NCBI GenBank assembly: GCA_000004695.1
Contig: CM000153.2
Location: 288,001-352,000 of the forward strand
DNA length: 64,000 bases
Reading direction: 5' to 3'
DNA from: Dictyostelium discoideum
Taxonomy: Eukaryota
Numbering within the stretch: the first letter of the stretch is position 1; each line of letters opens with the position of its first letter. A program made the position numbers and the translations under genes. Shown piece by piece: positions 42,652 to 55,210 of the stretch. A model generated the notes under the pieces. It saw only the letters and a list, made by a program, of their open reading frames with translations, was not told the origin of the DNA and searched no databases.

Positions 42652-43059
42652 GTTTGTTGGAAAAAAAGAAAAATGACAAGAAAAAAAAAAAAAAAAAAAA
42701 AATATTATTTGTTATTTTTTAAAAAAAAAAAAAATTTATTTTTGGGACCTGTAAATTTAAGAAAAATATCCTTTTTTCCAATCTAAAAAACCGTTTTTTT
42801 CTTGGGTTTGCAAAAAAAAGTTTCGGCAAACAATAATTTTGAAAACCCAAGAAAAAAACGGTTTTTTTTTTGTTTGCCAAAACTTTTTTTTTTTTTTTAT
42901 ATATTTTTAATCGAATTTTAGTTTTTTAATTAATTTTTTTTATTTTTTTTTTTTTTATAAATTAATTCTCACCAATCCTTTCAAAACAAATTTTTTTTTT
43001 TTTTTTTTTATTTATTAATTTTAATTTTTATTTCATTAATAAAAAGTATATAATAAACA
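42652..43059. promoter_or_regulatory. Divergent (bidirectional) intergenic region between S2 (-) and TIG copy 4 (+), containing a 25-bp-arm palindrome
   Basis: The two ATGs point outward, 408 bp apart. Arm aaaaaaccgtttttttcttgggttt (42785-42809) and its reverse complement aaacccaagaaaaaaacggtttttt (42843-42867) are interleaved with a second short inverted pair, ggcaaacaa (42825-33) and ttgtttgcc (42870-78). Confidence 0.45.
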
Positions 43060-46000
43060 ATGAATTATTCAAATTTAATAATATCAATAAATTTTTTGTT
43101 ATTATTTTTTATTACAACATTAAATAGTGAATCAATCTTTAAATCAATTTATCAAACTGGAAGTAATTTTGAAATTAAATTGACTCAACCATTATATTTA
43201 TTTAATATTACAAGTTTAGATAATTTATATTATGATTATGATTTTAATGGTACATCAGTTTTAAATTCATGTATTTTTAATTCAAATTATTTTTCTTTGA
43301 ATTTATCAAAATTAAAAAATGTTGATCATAGTTTTCCAGATCGTGACTCTATGACAAATATTGAGCACCTTTTTTCAATTTGTTCCGAACTGTCTTCCTA
43401 TAGCAGTCAATCTGGTTTTATTAAAAGTGAAAGAAAGGAATTTGTTGCAACTGGAGATTTAAATAAAGAAAGTTTTAAATTTGGTAGACTTGGTGTTGAT
43501 AATTATGCATTGAAATTAACATATTCCAGTAATAATTTGTTTTATTGTGAAAGATATGGTGGTACCACTAGAAATTATTATTTTCAATGTGATGAAAATC
43601 AAGAATTTAACTTTACTGCACCATCTGTAAATTTTTATGATTGTAATGTAGATGTTTATATTAAAACAAAATATGTATGTCCATATAAAAATACCAAAAA
43701 AACACCAATTAAATATTCATTAGTTCAACCAAATATTTTACGTTTTACAATGGATGAAAATTCTTCAATTTTAATTTCAGTAAATAATGGTAATGCAATT
43801 GAATCTTTACCACCAATCAGTATGTATAATTTATTTTTTTAAAAAAATTAATATTATTTCCTACCACTACTTTTATCTTAAACTATAAAATTCTAAATGT
43901 TCATTTTAATTTTTTTATAGAGCCAATAATCTATAGTTGTGAAAACAATGGTGGTGATATTATTACAGTAAATGGTTTATTTTTTGAAAATTTTTTATCA
44001 AATTATACATTAAATTTCGAACCGTTTCTGATAGACATATTTGATCCATCAGTAATAATATCATTCAATTCAACAACATTGGTAGTAAACTCTACAGGTT
44101 ATGTTGATAATTACTTAATTATTTCTTTCTTTTATTATCAATCTGAAAGATTTCCAATTTTAAAACCACAACAGCAAATGGAATTAAGTTCATGGTATGA
44201 TGATGATTTTGATATGCTGTACAGAATGTACAAATTGTATTGGTGCAAAAACAATAGGATTGCCATATACTTATACAATACCTTCATACTACCCATTCTC
44301 ATTTTACACTGAAAAAATCATTTTAAGTGGAATTTATTTAGAAGCCCCAATCTATCCATATAAAAGATCAAATGCATTACCGTTACCAACTAATTTTCAA
44401 AAAGTTAATATCAGTGGTAATGAAATATTCGAATTTAATGGTAATTCAATAGTATCAATAAGTGGCCGTTTTATTCCAAAAATATACGATAATCAAGCAT
44501 ATATTATAGGAAAATTAGAATTTTTAAATGGTACAATATGTATATTGGATTATAATACTTTGAATAATAGTGTATTAACACAAGGTAAATTCAATATTCC
44601 AAGTGGTTATGGTAATGGTAATTTTTCAATTTATATTAAAGATAAATTGGTTCATTCAAATGCATTTACTTATCAACCACCATCAAAGTGGATTTCATCA
44701 ATCACTCAAAATCAAGAAAAGGTACAATTACATCTTTCATTTCCATTTTCTTTATTACAAATAACAAGTATTAAATATAATGATAAAAATGGAAAAGATT
44801 TAGACTATACTTTAATTGAACCTAATATCATTTCATTGACATTAAATACATATTCTACAAATGTACTTTCATTTAATAATGATTATCATATCGAAACTTT
44901 AACAAATGGGTTAAACTGTAAGTAAATACTATCATACAAATTATTTAATTTTACATATAACACTAACAAAAAACATTTTATATTATTTAGTTCGTCCAAT
45001 TATTTATAGCTATTTTAGTAATTCAATTGAAAATGGTACGAATATAATAATGGAGGGTCTCTTTGTATCAAAATTGTCAAATTATAAATTTTATTTAGAT
45101 GATAGTAAAATTGCTGTTTCTGGTGACCAAGTAACCTATTAAACAATTCTCATATGTATATGTTTATAGTGACGATTATTCATATACAAGGGTACCAGAT
45201 CTCACAATTACAAGCGAGCAAGACCAACTATTGTTTACATGTAGTAATTGTTTAGGTGGATATATCAATATAAATGAACCAGAAAGTAATCAAGATTCTC
45301 AATTCTCTCAAATTGGTACAATTGTAAAACAATTTAATACAAATACAATTTTAAATAAATACAATGCTTTTACATTTACCAAAGACTCAAAAACAATATT
45401 TATACAACCACCATTACCTTCAAATGTAAAAATTGATGGAGGTTTAGCTCAATTTTCAACTTTCAGTAATAATAATATTTTAGTTAGTGGTGATTTTTTA
45501 TTGGATATATTCAATCGTTTTGATTATACAAATTTCCAACTTCAATTTGATAATGGTACAATTTATTCACCAAATAAACAGATTTTATCAAAATCAGATC
45601 AAAACTATGTTTATCAATTAAATATACCATTTGCATATGGATCTGGTAATTTTAGTGTATTTTCTACTCTAGAAAATGGTAGAAAGTTTATTATAAATTC
45701 AACTCCATTCAATTATCCAAAAACACCAATAATTAATTCAATATCAAAAATTAAAGATGGAAATCTTAAAATAATTGGAGATGGTTTCTTTGATGTAGTT
45801 GTTTTTGGTTCTTTTAAAACAACATTTAAAAATATAACAACTGGTCTTTTTTCAGATACAATCGAATGTCATTCTCAAATAACTCAACATCAAAACATTA
45901 TTTGCCAATTTACAATGAATCAAAACTTTAGTTTAGTATATTCTCAAGATACTCCGATTACAATACAAATTAAAAGCTCCAAATACTCACAGCACCAATT

Positions 46001-46220
46001 TGAACCAGTTTATACCCAAACTTTTTTCAATAATTCAAATCCAAATTCTAATTCAAATTCTAATTCAAATTCAAATTCAAATTCAAATTCAAATTCAAAT
46101 TCAAATTCAAATTCAAATTCAAATTCAATTTTAATTTCAAATTCAAATTCAAATTCAAATTTAGTTTTCTCCAAATTTGTAGCAACTATTTTTATTTTAA
46201 TATCAATATTGTTTCAATAA
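43060..46220 (+). pseudogene. TIG-like glycoprotein family copy 4: full-length but disrupted (frameshift in exon 3, stop/deletion at start of exon 4). Lacks intron 1.
   Basis: ORF 43060..43842 fuses the exon-1 and exon-2 homologues with no intron (..VDHSFPDRDSMTNIEHLFSICSELSS..). The exon-3 homologue switches frame between ORFs 44079..44312 and 44197..44925. The exon-4 homologue begins with a stop (..GDQVTY-stop) and is deleted relative to DQVTYFDSSRLSLIMNQ. The C-terminal (AATTCA)n expansion encodes (NS)n. Confidence 0.7.
46040..46165. repeat. (AATTCA)n hexamer repeat inside the coding C-terminus of TIG copy 4
   Basis: Encodes NSNSNS... immediately before the hydrophobic tail. A shorter version is present in copy 2 (NNSNSNSNSNTDPEM). 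Confidence 0.85.
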
Positions 46221-46643
46221 ATAAAAATAAATTAATAAAATTATCAAATAAAATATTATTTTGTATCATCTTTTATAATCGTCTTTTTAATGTTCATAAA
46301 AGGAATTCTGGAAACAAACTAAAATTTGAACAGTTTTTTTTTTTTTTTAAAATATTCTATTATTTTGGGGACTCGGTTATTTCTCCTCACTCACCTCGTT
46401 TAGGATTATAAAAAATAAATAAATTTACTCTTTACAAAACCAAATGAAATTCAAAATAAAAAAAATATGTATTTATTTTATTTTAATAAAAAATTTTTAT
46501 TATTATTCTCATATGATTTTATTGTTTAAGTTCTTTCTGAACATGCTATTTTTTTTTGTAAAGTTTTTTTTATTATTTTCCATTTCTTTTCTTTTCTTTT
46601 TCTTTTCTTTTTCTTTTTTTTTTTTCTTTTTCTTTTCTTTTCT

Positions 46644-46749
46644 TTTCCTTTCTATTACTATTACTATTACTATTACTATTACTATTACTATTACTATTAC
46701 TATTACTATTACTATTACTATTACTATTACTATTACTATTACTATTACT
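46644..46749. repeat. (ACTATT)n hexamer satellite preceded by a (CTTTT)n-like pyrimidine tract
   Basis: Seen directly. Confidence 0.85.
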
Positions 46750-47030
46750 TCGTAAAATGACAAAAATAAAAAAATAAAAAAAATAAAAATAAAAAAACAA
46801 ATAAATAAAAAAGATATATTACATTTATTTTTTTTTTTTTTTTATTTTTTTTTTATTTTTTTGGATTGACACTATTTTTATTTGATTTGATTTCTTTTAA
46901 TTTAATTTATTGTTAAAACCATTCAAGTTTGGGCACTTTTCAAAATATGAAAATTATATAAAAATATTTGAAATTACATTTGCGCAAATTTGGATGGTTT
47001 TCACAATAATTTAATTTAATTTAATTTAAT

Positions 47031-47110
47031 TTGGTTCGATTTGATTTAATTTGATTTGATTTGGTTTGATTTGGTTTGATTTGATTTGGTTTAATTTGAT
47101 TTGATTTGAT
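47031..47110. repeat. (GATTTG)n / (AATTTG)n satellite at the 3' end of the S3 pseudogene
   Basis: It occupies the position where intact S2 has coding repeats (ttggttcatttga)n. It looks like a degenerate derivative of those repeats. Confidence 0.8.
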
Positions 47111-47120
47111 TATTATTTTT

Positions 47121-47665
47121 TTAAAATAATATATTTTTAGTTTTTGAATATAAAGCATCTTTACAATCAATGGAACCATAGGATTCAGTACTTGCAATTC
47201 CAGTACAATCTTTTGATGGGTAGGTTGTAATAGTGTAATTTTGAAAAGGATCATAATTGATTTTAATATTTGTACCACATACTGATGAACATTTACCTAT
47301 TGTAACTATTTTATCATCGACACAAGGACCTTTTACAAATTTGAAAGAATAATATTTTGAAATTAATGTTGAACAAGTTATTTCCCCATCTATTACTTGA
47401 TTATTATATCCATCATAGCAATTAAAATTAACAATAAATGGATAATTTGTGTTTTCATAGTAACCTTGATTTTGGCAACTATAATCTGTAAAGAATGAAA
47501 TTTTAAAAAGTTCATCGTACACCTTTAAAATCTTTGCATTTTAATACAAAATATGCCACATTCATTCAAGTTTAATACACCATTTTCACAATTCTTTGCT
47601 TGTAATTCAAATACATCATATTGTGATGATACAACTAAAAAAATATTAAATAAAAATAAGATTAA
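47121..47665 (-). pseudogene. Small Cys-rich GPI-type protein family, copy S3: near-identical duplicate of the S2 core, with 5' indels and a truncated/replaced 3' end
   Basis: 47150-47470 is almost identical to 42100-42420. The region homologous to the S2 start (47523-47660) has indels that break the frame. The ORF ends ...KTKNILF-stop, with no GPI tail. Confidence 0.7.
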
Positions 47666-48089
47666 AAAAATAAATTTCATATTTGTTGGTAAAAACATTA
47701 ACGTATTAAAAAATAAAAAAAAAAAAAATATTATATATTATTTTTAAAAAAATATATTCTCGGCACTGGTAAATTTAAGAAAAAATCTCTTTTTGGAATT
47801 ATAAAAACGAAACACGTTAAAAAGTTTTTTTTTTTTGAAATACCAAGAAAAATAAAAAGTTTTTTTTTTTTTTTTATTTTAATTATTTTTTTATTATTTG
47901 TTTTTCCAATTTTTCTAGAACCTTGGTTTACAAAGATTTTTTATTATTTTTTTTAATTTTTTTAATTTTTTTTTTTTTTTTTTTTTTGCAGATTCCCGAT
48001 CATCTATGATAATCCTTTCCAAAAAATTGTTTTTTTATTTTTTTTTTTTTTTTTAAATTTTAATAAATTTTATTTTAAAAATCAATTTG

Positions 48090-50328
48090 TTCCAAACTGC
48101 CTTCCTATAGCAGTCAATCTGTTATTATATATAAAAAGTCATTTTTTACAACTGGAGATTTAAATAAAGAAAAATTTGAATTTGGTAGATTTGGTGTTGA
48201 TAATTATGCAAGTCCTGGTTGTTCAACTAGAAATTATTATTTTCAATGTGATGAAAATCAAGAATTAACTTTACTGCACCATCCAACGTAAATTATTTTG
48301 ATTGTAATGTAGATGTTTATATTAAAACAAAACATGTATGTCCATATAAAAATACCAAAAAAACACCAATTAAATATTCATTAATTCAACCAAATGTTTT
48401 AGTTTTACATTGGATGAAAATTCTTCAAATTTAATTTCAGTAAATAATGGTAATGTAATTGAATCTTTACTTCAATATACCAAGTGGACATGGTAAAGGT
48501 ACTTTTTCAATTTATATTAAAGATAAATTGGTTCATTCGAATTCATTAAATTATCAACCCCATCAAAGTGGATATTATCAATCACTCAAAATCAAGAAAA
48601 GGTACAATTACATCTTTCATTTCCATTTTCTTTATTACAAATAACAAGTATTAAATATAATGATAAAAATGGAAAAGATTTAGACTATACTTTAATTGAA
48701 CCAAATATCATTTCATTCACATTAAATACATATTCTACAAATGTACTTTCATTTAATAATGATTATCATATTGAAGCTTTAACAAATGGATTAAACTGTA
48801 AGTATTTGTAAACATTCAAAAAATATAATTTTATTCATACAAAATATTTAATTTTATATTTAACACTAACAAAACATTTTATATTATTTAGTTCGCCCAA
48901 TTATTTATAGATATTCAATTGAAAATGGTGCTAAAATAACAATGGAGGGTCTCTTTGTATCAAATTTGTCAAATTATAAATGGAAAAGATTTAGACTATA
49001 CTTTAATTGAAACAAATATTATTTCATTCACATTAAATACATATTCTACAAATGTTCTTTCATTTAATGATGATTATCATATTGAAACATTAACAAATTC
49101 ATTAAACTGTATGTATATTTTAAAGATTAAAAACTAATCAAAATTTTTTAAATTCATAACTCACCAAAAAACATTTTATATTATTTAGATCGTCCAATTA
49201 TTTATAGTTATTCAATTCAAAATGGTATTATAACAATGGAGGGTCTCTTTGTATCAAAATTATCAAATTATAAATTTTATCTAGATTTTAGTAAAATTGC
49301 TGTTCCCAGCGATCAAGTAACCTATTTCGATAGTTCAAGAATCAGTTTAATTATGAATCAGGTTTCACATGTATATGTTTATAGTGATGAGAATTTATTT
49401 ACCATGGTACCAGATATCACGATTACAAGCCAGCAAGACCAATTATTGTTTACATGTAGTAATTGTTTAGGTGGATATATCAATATAAATGATCCAGAAA
49501 GTAATCAAGAATCTCAATTCTCTCAAATCGGTACAATTGTAAAACAATTTAATACAAATACAATTTTTAATAAATACAATGCTTTTACATTTACAAAAGA
49601 TTCAAAAACTATAGTTATACAACCGCCACTACCTTCAAATGTAAAAGTTGATGGAAGTTTAACTTAATTTTCAACATTCAGCAATAATACTATTTTATTT
49701 AGTGGTGATTTCTTATTGCATAAATACAATGGTTTAAATTATACTGATTTCCAATTTCAATATGATAATGGTACAATTTATTCGGCAAAAAAACAAATTT
49801 TATCAAAATCTGATCAAAACTATAAATATCAAATAAATGCACCATTTGCATATGGATCTGGTAATTTTAGTGTATTTGTTACTTTTGAAAATGGTAGAAA
49901 GGTTATAACAAATTCAATTCCATTCAATTATCCCAAAAAACCAATAATTAATTCAATATCAAAAATTATGGATCAATCGACATTATACAATAAGTGGCGA
50001 TGGTTTCTTTGATGTTATAGTAATTCCTTCTTTTAAATCAAACATTTATTCAGAAACAATCGAATGTCATCCTGAAATAATAAATCAAAATATTATTTAC
50101 CAGTTTGAAATGAAACAAGAATCCTCGGTAGATTCTCAATATCCAATTGAAATAAAAATTGAAAGCCTTGAATACTCACCTTTCCAATTTGAACCATTAT
50201 ATACCCAAACCTTTTTTTATGACCCAAATTCTGATTCAGAAATTTTAAAGAGTGATATTAGTTTACATTCAGTTTTCTCCAAATTATTTGCATCTCTTTT
50301 TGTTCTAATATCAAAATTGTTTCAATAA
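48090..50328 (+). pseudogene. TIG-like glycoprotein family copy 5: heavily decayed (exon-2 fragment, partial duplicated exon-3 3' ends, frameshifted exon 4)
   Basis: Fragments match the exon-2 (..TRNYYFQCDENQE..KYVCPYKNTKKTPIKYSL..), exon-3 3' end (duplicated at 48600-48790 and 48975-49110) and exon-4 homologues. The exon-4 region splits into ORFs 49236..49667, 49716..50012 and 50110..50328 with stops between them. Confidence 0.7.
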
Positions 50329-50449
50329 ATAAAAATAAATTAATAAAATTATCAGATTAACTTTCAATAAAAAAAACAATAAAACAATAAATAAACAAAG
50401 ATACTAAAAAACATGTTGCTTCTTTTATTTTTTTTGTTTTTTTTTTTTT

Positions 50450-51091
50450 TTAAAACAATAAATTTATTAATAAAAATGTTAATAATATAAATTTGTGGAT
50501 TGTAATTAATTTAGAAGATATTGATCCATTTGATTCTATATTTGGAGTTGATTTTAAACAGGATAAATATTGATCGTTATTAGTTTTTGATAATAATTGA
50601 TTTTTACAATCAATTGATCCATAGAATTCAGTACTTCCAATTCCAGTACAATCATTCGAAAGGTAGGTTGTAATAATGTAATTTTGAAAAGGATCGTAAT
50701 TGATTATAATATTTTTGCCACATACTGATGAACATATACCCAAAAAAATTAATTTATCATCGACACAAGGACCCTCAACAAATTTGAAAGAATAATATTT
50801 TGAAATTAATGTTGAACAAATTATTTCCCCATATCTACCAATAGTATTAATTTCATTACTGCAATTAAATGGAATATATGGACGAGGGTCTTGATAGCAA
50901 ATAGCATCAGTATAGACTTTGATTGATTTTACGTTCTCGATAAATAAATATTCATTACAAAATTTACCACATTCTTGAAGAGTTAATGTGGTATTTTCAC
51001 AGCCCTTTGATTGTAATTTAAATACATCAAATTCTGATGATACAATTAAAAAAATATTAAATAAAAATAGGAATAATAAAATATATTTCAT
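50450..51091 (-). CDS. Small Cys-rich secreted protein with GPI-type C-terminus, copy S4; intact, single exon, 213 aa
   Basis: MKYILLFLFLFNIFLIVSSEFDVFKLQSKGCENTTLTLQECGKFC...ICSTLISKYYSFKFVEGPCVDDK...CGKNIIINYDPFQNYIITTYLSNDCTGIGSTEFYGSIDCKNQ...SSKLITIHKFILLTFLLINLLF-stop. Confidence 0.7.
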   Translation of the reverse strand: MKYILLFLFLFNIFLIVSSEFDVFKLQSKGCENTTLTLQECGKFCNEYLFIENVKSIKVYTDAICYQDPRPYIPFNCSNEINTIGRYGEIICSTLISKYYSFKFVEGPCVDDKLIFLGICSSVCGKNIIINYDPFQNYIITTYLSNDCTGIGSTEFYGSIDCKNQLLSKTNNDQYLSCLKSTPNIESNGSISSKLITIHKFILLTFLLINLLF

Positions 51092-51769
51092 GTTATAAAA
51101 TAAAAGAAAAAAAAAATAAAAGAAAAAAAAAAATAAAAGAAAAAAAAAAATAAAAAAAAATAAAAATTAAATAAAAGAAAAAAAAAAAAATATATTTTCA
51201 AATAAAATCGATTACAAATTCTATTAACCCATCTTTTTTTTTTTCGAAATGAAAAAGATTTTTTTTCTTTAAAATCAAAGAATTATAGCGAATTTTTTTT
51301 TTTCGTATTTTTGCAATGTTAAAAAAAAAAAAAGAAAATGTCAAAAATCAATCACAAATTAATTTTTTTTTAATTATTTTTTTTTTATATGTTAAAAAAT
51401 AAACTGATACCATTTGACACTTTCAAAAGCCAAAAAAACGGAGGATTTTTTACCAAAGATTTTTTTTTTTTTTCCAATTATTATTTTTTTTTTAATTTTC
51501 TTAATTAAAATTTTTAGAAAACTAAGATTTTTTTTGTAAAAAGCCGATTTTTATCCCAAAAAAATTTTAGAAAACAAAGATTTTTTTATTTTTTTTCTAA
51601 TAATATAAACCAGAATAATTCATTTAAAAGTCAGAAAAGAAAAAAAAAGTTATTTAATATATTATTATTTTTTTTTTTTTGTCCATAAATATTTTTTTTT
51701 ATTTTTTTATTTTTTTTTCCTTAACAATTATTTAATTATTTTATAAATAAAAAGATTATTTAATAAAAA

Positions 51770-54700
51770 ATGAATTTTCCAAAATTTATATTATTAAATA
51801 TTTTATTATTAATTTTTGCCTCGACATTAAATAGTCAATCAATCTTTAGTTCAATTAATCAAAATGGAAGTAATGTTGAAATTAAATTAGTTCAACCATT
51901 ATATTTATTTAATATAACAAATTTAGATAATTTATATAATGATTATGATTTAAATGGTACATCTGTTTTAAATTCATGTATTTTTAATACAACATATTTT
52001 TCTTTGGATTTATCAATATTAAAAAATATTGACTATATTTTTAAAGATTCCAATAGCAAAGTAAGTAATTGAAACATAATAAAAATTTTAAACATTACAT
52101 TTTATTAACTTTTATTTTTGAAAACTAAATAGTATCAACACCTTTTTTCAATTTGTTCCCGAACTAAACTATATTCTGCTCAGTCTGTTATGCTTAATGA
52201 AAATGGGCAATCTTTTACAACTGGAAATTTGAATACAGAGAAATTTGAAATCGGTAGGTTCGGTTTAAATAATTATTCATTAAAGTTAACCTATACCAAT
52301 CCTGCATTCTCCTTATGTTCTAATAGTGGTTCAACTAGAAATTATTATTTTCAATGTGATGAAAATCTAGAATTTAACATCACATCCCCAAACTCGAAAA
52401 ATGTAAATTATTATGATTGTAATGTAGATGTTACTATCGCAACAAAATATGTATGTCCATATAAAAATATCAAAAAATCATCAATTAAATATTCATTAAT
52501 TCAACCAAATATTTTACGTTTTACATTGGATGAAAATTCTTCAAATTTAATTTCAATAAATAATGGAAAAGTATATGAAGTTTTACCAATTAGTATGTAT
52601 AATTTATATTTTTTAAAAAAAAAAATTAAAATTTCCTACCACCAATTTTATCTTCCACTACTACTACTAATAATACTACTTTTATCAACAATAAAAAATT
52701 CTAATACACTCATTTCATTAAACTTTTACATTTTATAGAGCCAATAATCCATAGTTGTGAAAATAATGGTGATATTATTACAGTAAATGGTTTATTTTTT
52801 AAAAATATATTATCAAATTATACATTTGGTTTCGATGGTCAATTAACAATGAACCGTTCGAATATAATATCATTCAATTCAACAACATTGGTATTAAACT
52901 CTACAGGTTATGTTGACAATAACTTTTTTATTTCACTCTTTGAAAATAAATCTGATAGCTATCCAATTTTAAAACCACAACAGCAAATGGTATTAAGTTC
53001 ATGGTATGATTATAGTTTTCGTAAGGAACGTCTTAACATTGATTGTACAAATTGCCTTGGTGCAAAAACAATAGGAATACAAAATATCTATACAAAATAT
53101 GCACATTCAATAAAAATACCCCCTGAAGATATCAATTTTAGTGGAATCTATTTAGAAGCCCCTATTTATCCTTTTAAAAGATCAAATTTATTGCCATTAC
53201 CAACTAATATTATAGGAGTTAATGATAATAAAATATTTCAATTTAATGGAATTTCAATAGTTTCAATAGCTGGTTATTTTATTCCAAAAATGTATGATAA
53301 TCAAGCATATATTACAGGAAAATTAGAATTTTCAAATGGTACATTATGTATATTGGATTATTATACTTTGGATAGTAATGTATTAACACAAGGTAAATTC
53401 AATATTCCAAGTGGTTATGGTAATGGTAATTTTTCAATTTATACTAAAGATAAGTTGGTTCATTCAAATTCATTTACTTATCAACCACCATCAAAGTGGA
53501 TATCATCAATCACACAAAATTTAGAAAAGGTACAATTACATCTTTCATTTCCATTTTCTTTTTTTCCAATTACAAGTATTAAATATAATGATAAAAATGG
53601 AAAAGATTTAGACTATACTTTAATTGAACCAAATATCATTTCATTCACATTAAATACATATTCTACAAATGTACTTTCATTTAATGATGATTATCATAAC
53701 GAAACTTTAACAAATGGATTAAACTGTATGTATAGATTAAAAATTATAATTTAAATTTAAAATTTTTAATTTTATAACTCACCAAAAAACATTTTATATT
53801 ATTTAGATCGTCCAATTATTTATAGTTATTCAATTCAAAATGGTATTATAACAATGGAGGGTTTCTTTATATCAAATTTATCAACTTATAAATTTTATCT
53901 TGATAATAGTAAAAATGCTGTTTCCAGCGATCAAATAACCTATTTCGATAGTTCAAGAATCAGTTTAATTATGAATCAGGCTTTATATGTATATGTTTAT
54001 TGTGATGACTATTCGTTTACAATGGTACCAGATCTCACAATTACAAGCCAGCAAGACCAATTATTGTTTACATGTAGTAATTGTTTAGGTGGATCTATCA
54101 ATATAAATGAACCCCAGAGTAATCAAGATTCTCAATTCTCACAAATCGGTACAATTGTAAAACAATTTAATACAAATACAATTGTTAATAAATACAATAT
54201 TTATACATTTACTAAAGATTCAAAAACAATAATTATTCAACCACCTTTACCTACAAATTTAATATTTGGTGCAAGTTTACCTAAATTTTCAACATTCAGT
54301 AATAATACTATAATAATTAGTTCTGATTTCTTATTGGATAAATATAATGGTTTTGATTACACAGATTTCCAACTTCAATTTGATAATGGTACAATATATC
54401 CAGTAAAAAAACAACTTTTATCAAAATCAGCTCAAAACTATAAATATCAAATAAATGCACCATTTGCATTTGGATCTGGTAATTTTTGTACATTTATTAC
54501 TTTTGAAAATAATAGAAAGTTAATAAATTCAATTCCATTCTATTATCCAGCAAGACCAATAATTAATTCAATATCAAAAATTAAGATTGGTGGTTTTAAA
54601 ATAAGTGGTGATGGTTTCTTTAATGTATCTTTAATTGCTTCTTTTAAAAAAAATTTGGTAAATACAACCACTGGTGTTATAAAAAATGTTATCCGATGTG

Positions 54701-54966
54701 ATCCTCAAACAACCCAAAGTCAAAATTTAGATTGTGAATTTATAAATACAATACATACAGATAAATTAAATGAATTTCCAATTACAATACTAATTAAAAG
54801 CCAAAGTAATTCACTGTTCAGATTTGAACCATTTTATATCCAATCTTATTTTTATTATCCAAATTCTTATTCATATTATGAAATGAACAATGATATTAGT
54901 TTACATTCGGTTTTCTCCAAATTAGTTGCAACTATTTTTATTATAATATCAATATTGCTTCAATAA
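51770..54966 (+). CDS. IPT/TIG-like GPI-type glycoprotein, copy 6; intact, 4 exons, 965 aa
   Basis: Exons 51770..52060 (donor AAA|GTAAGT), 52133..52592 (acceptor ..aaatag|TAT; donor A|GTATGT), 52739..53725 (acceptor ..tatag|AG; donor T|GTATGT) and 53807..54966 (acceptor ..atttag|AT). Phases 0/1/1 total 2898 nt. Signal peptide MNFPKFILLNILLLIFASTLNS. C-terminus SLHSVFSKLVATIFIIISILLQ-stop. Confidence 0.72.
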
Positions 54967-55210
54967 ATAAAATAATTTATAGAATTATCAAGTAAACTTT
55001 CAATAAAAATAAAATTAAAAATAAAATAAAAACACTAAACATTTAATATTGTAAACAACCATAGTTTTTAATAAAATAAAAAAAATAATAAAAAATAAAA
55101 TTAGTTGGGTGGTGTGAATATGTTAAGATAATAAATAATAAATTAATATTCCCCCTTACAATTAATTTTTTTTTTTTTTTTAATTATTTTTTACCTATTC
55201 CTTAAACAAT

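Noticed and set aside
46444-46800. ORFs 46444..46755, 46509..46763 and 46573..46800
   Set aside because: Translations of the (CTTTT)n / (ACTATT)n satellite.
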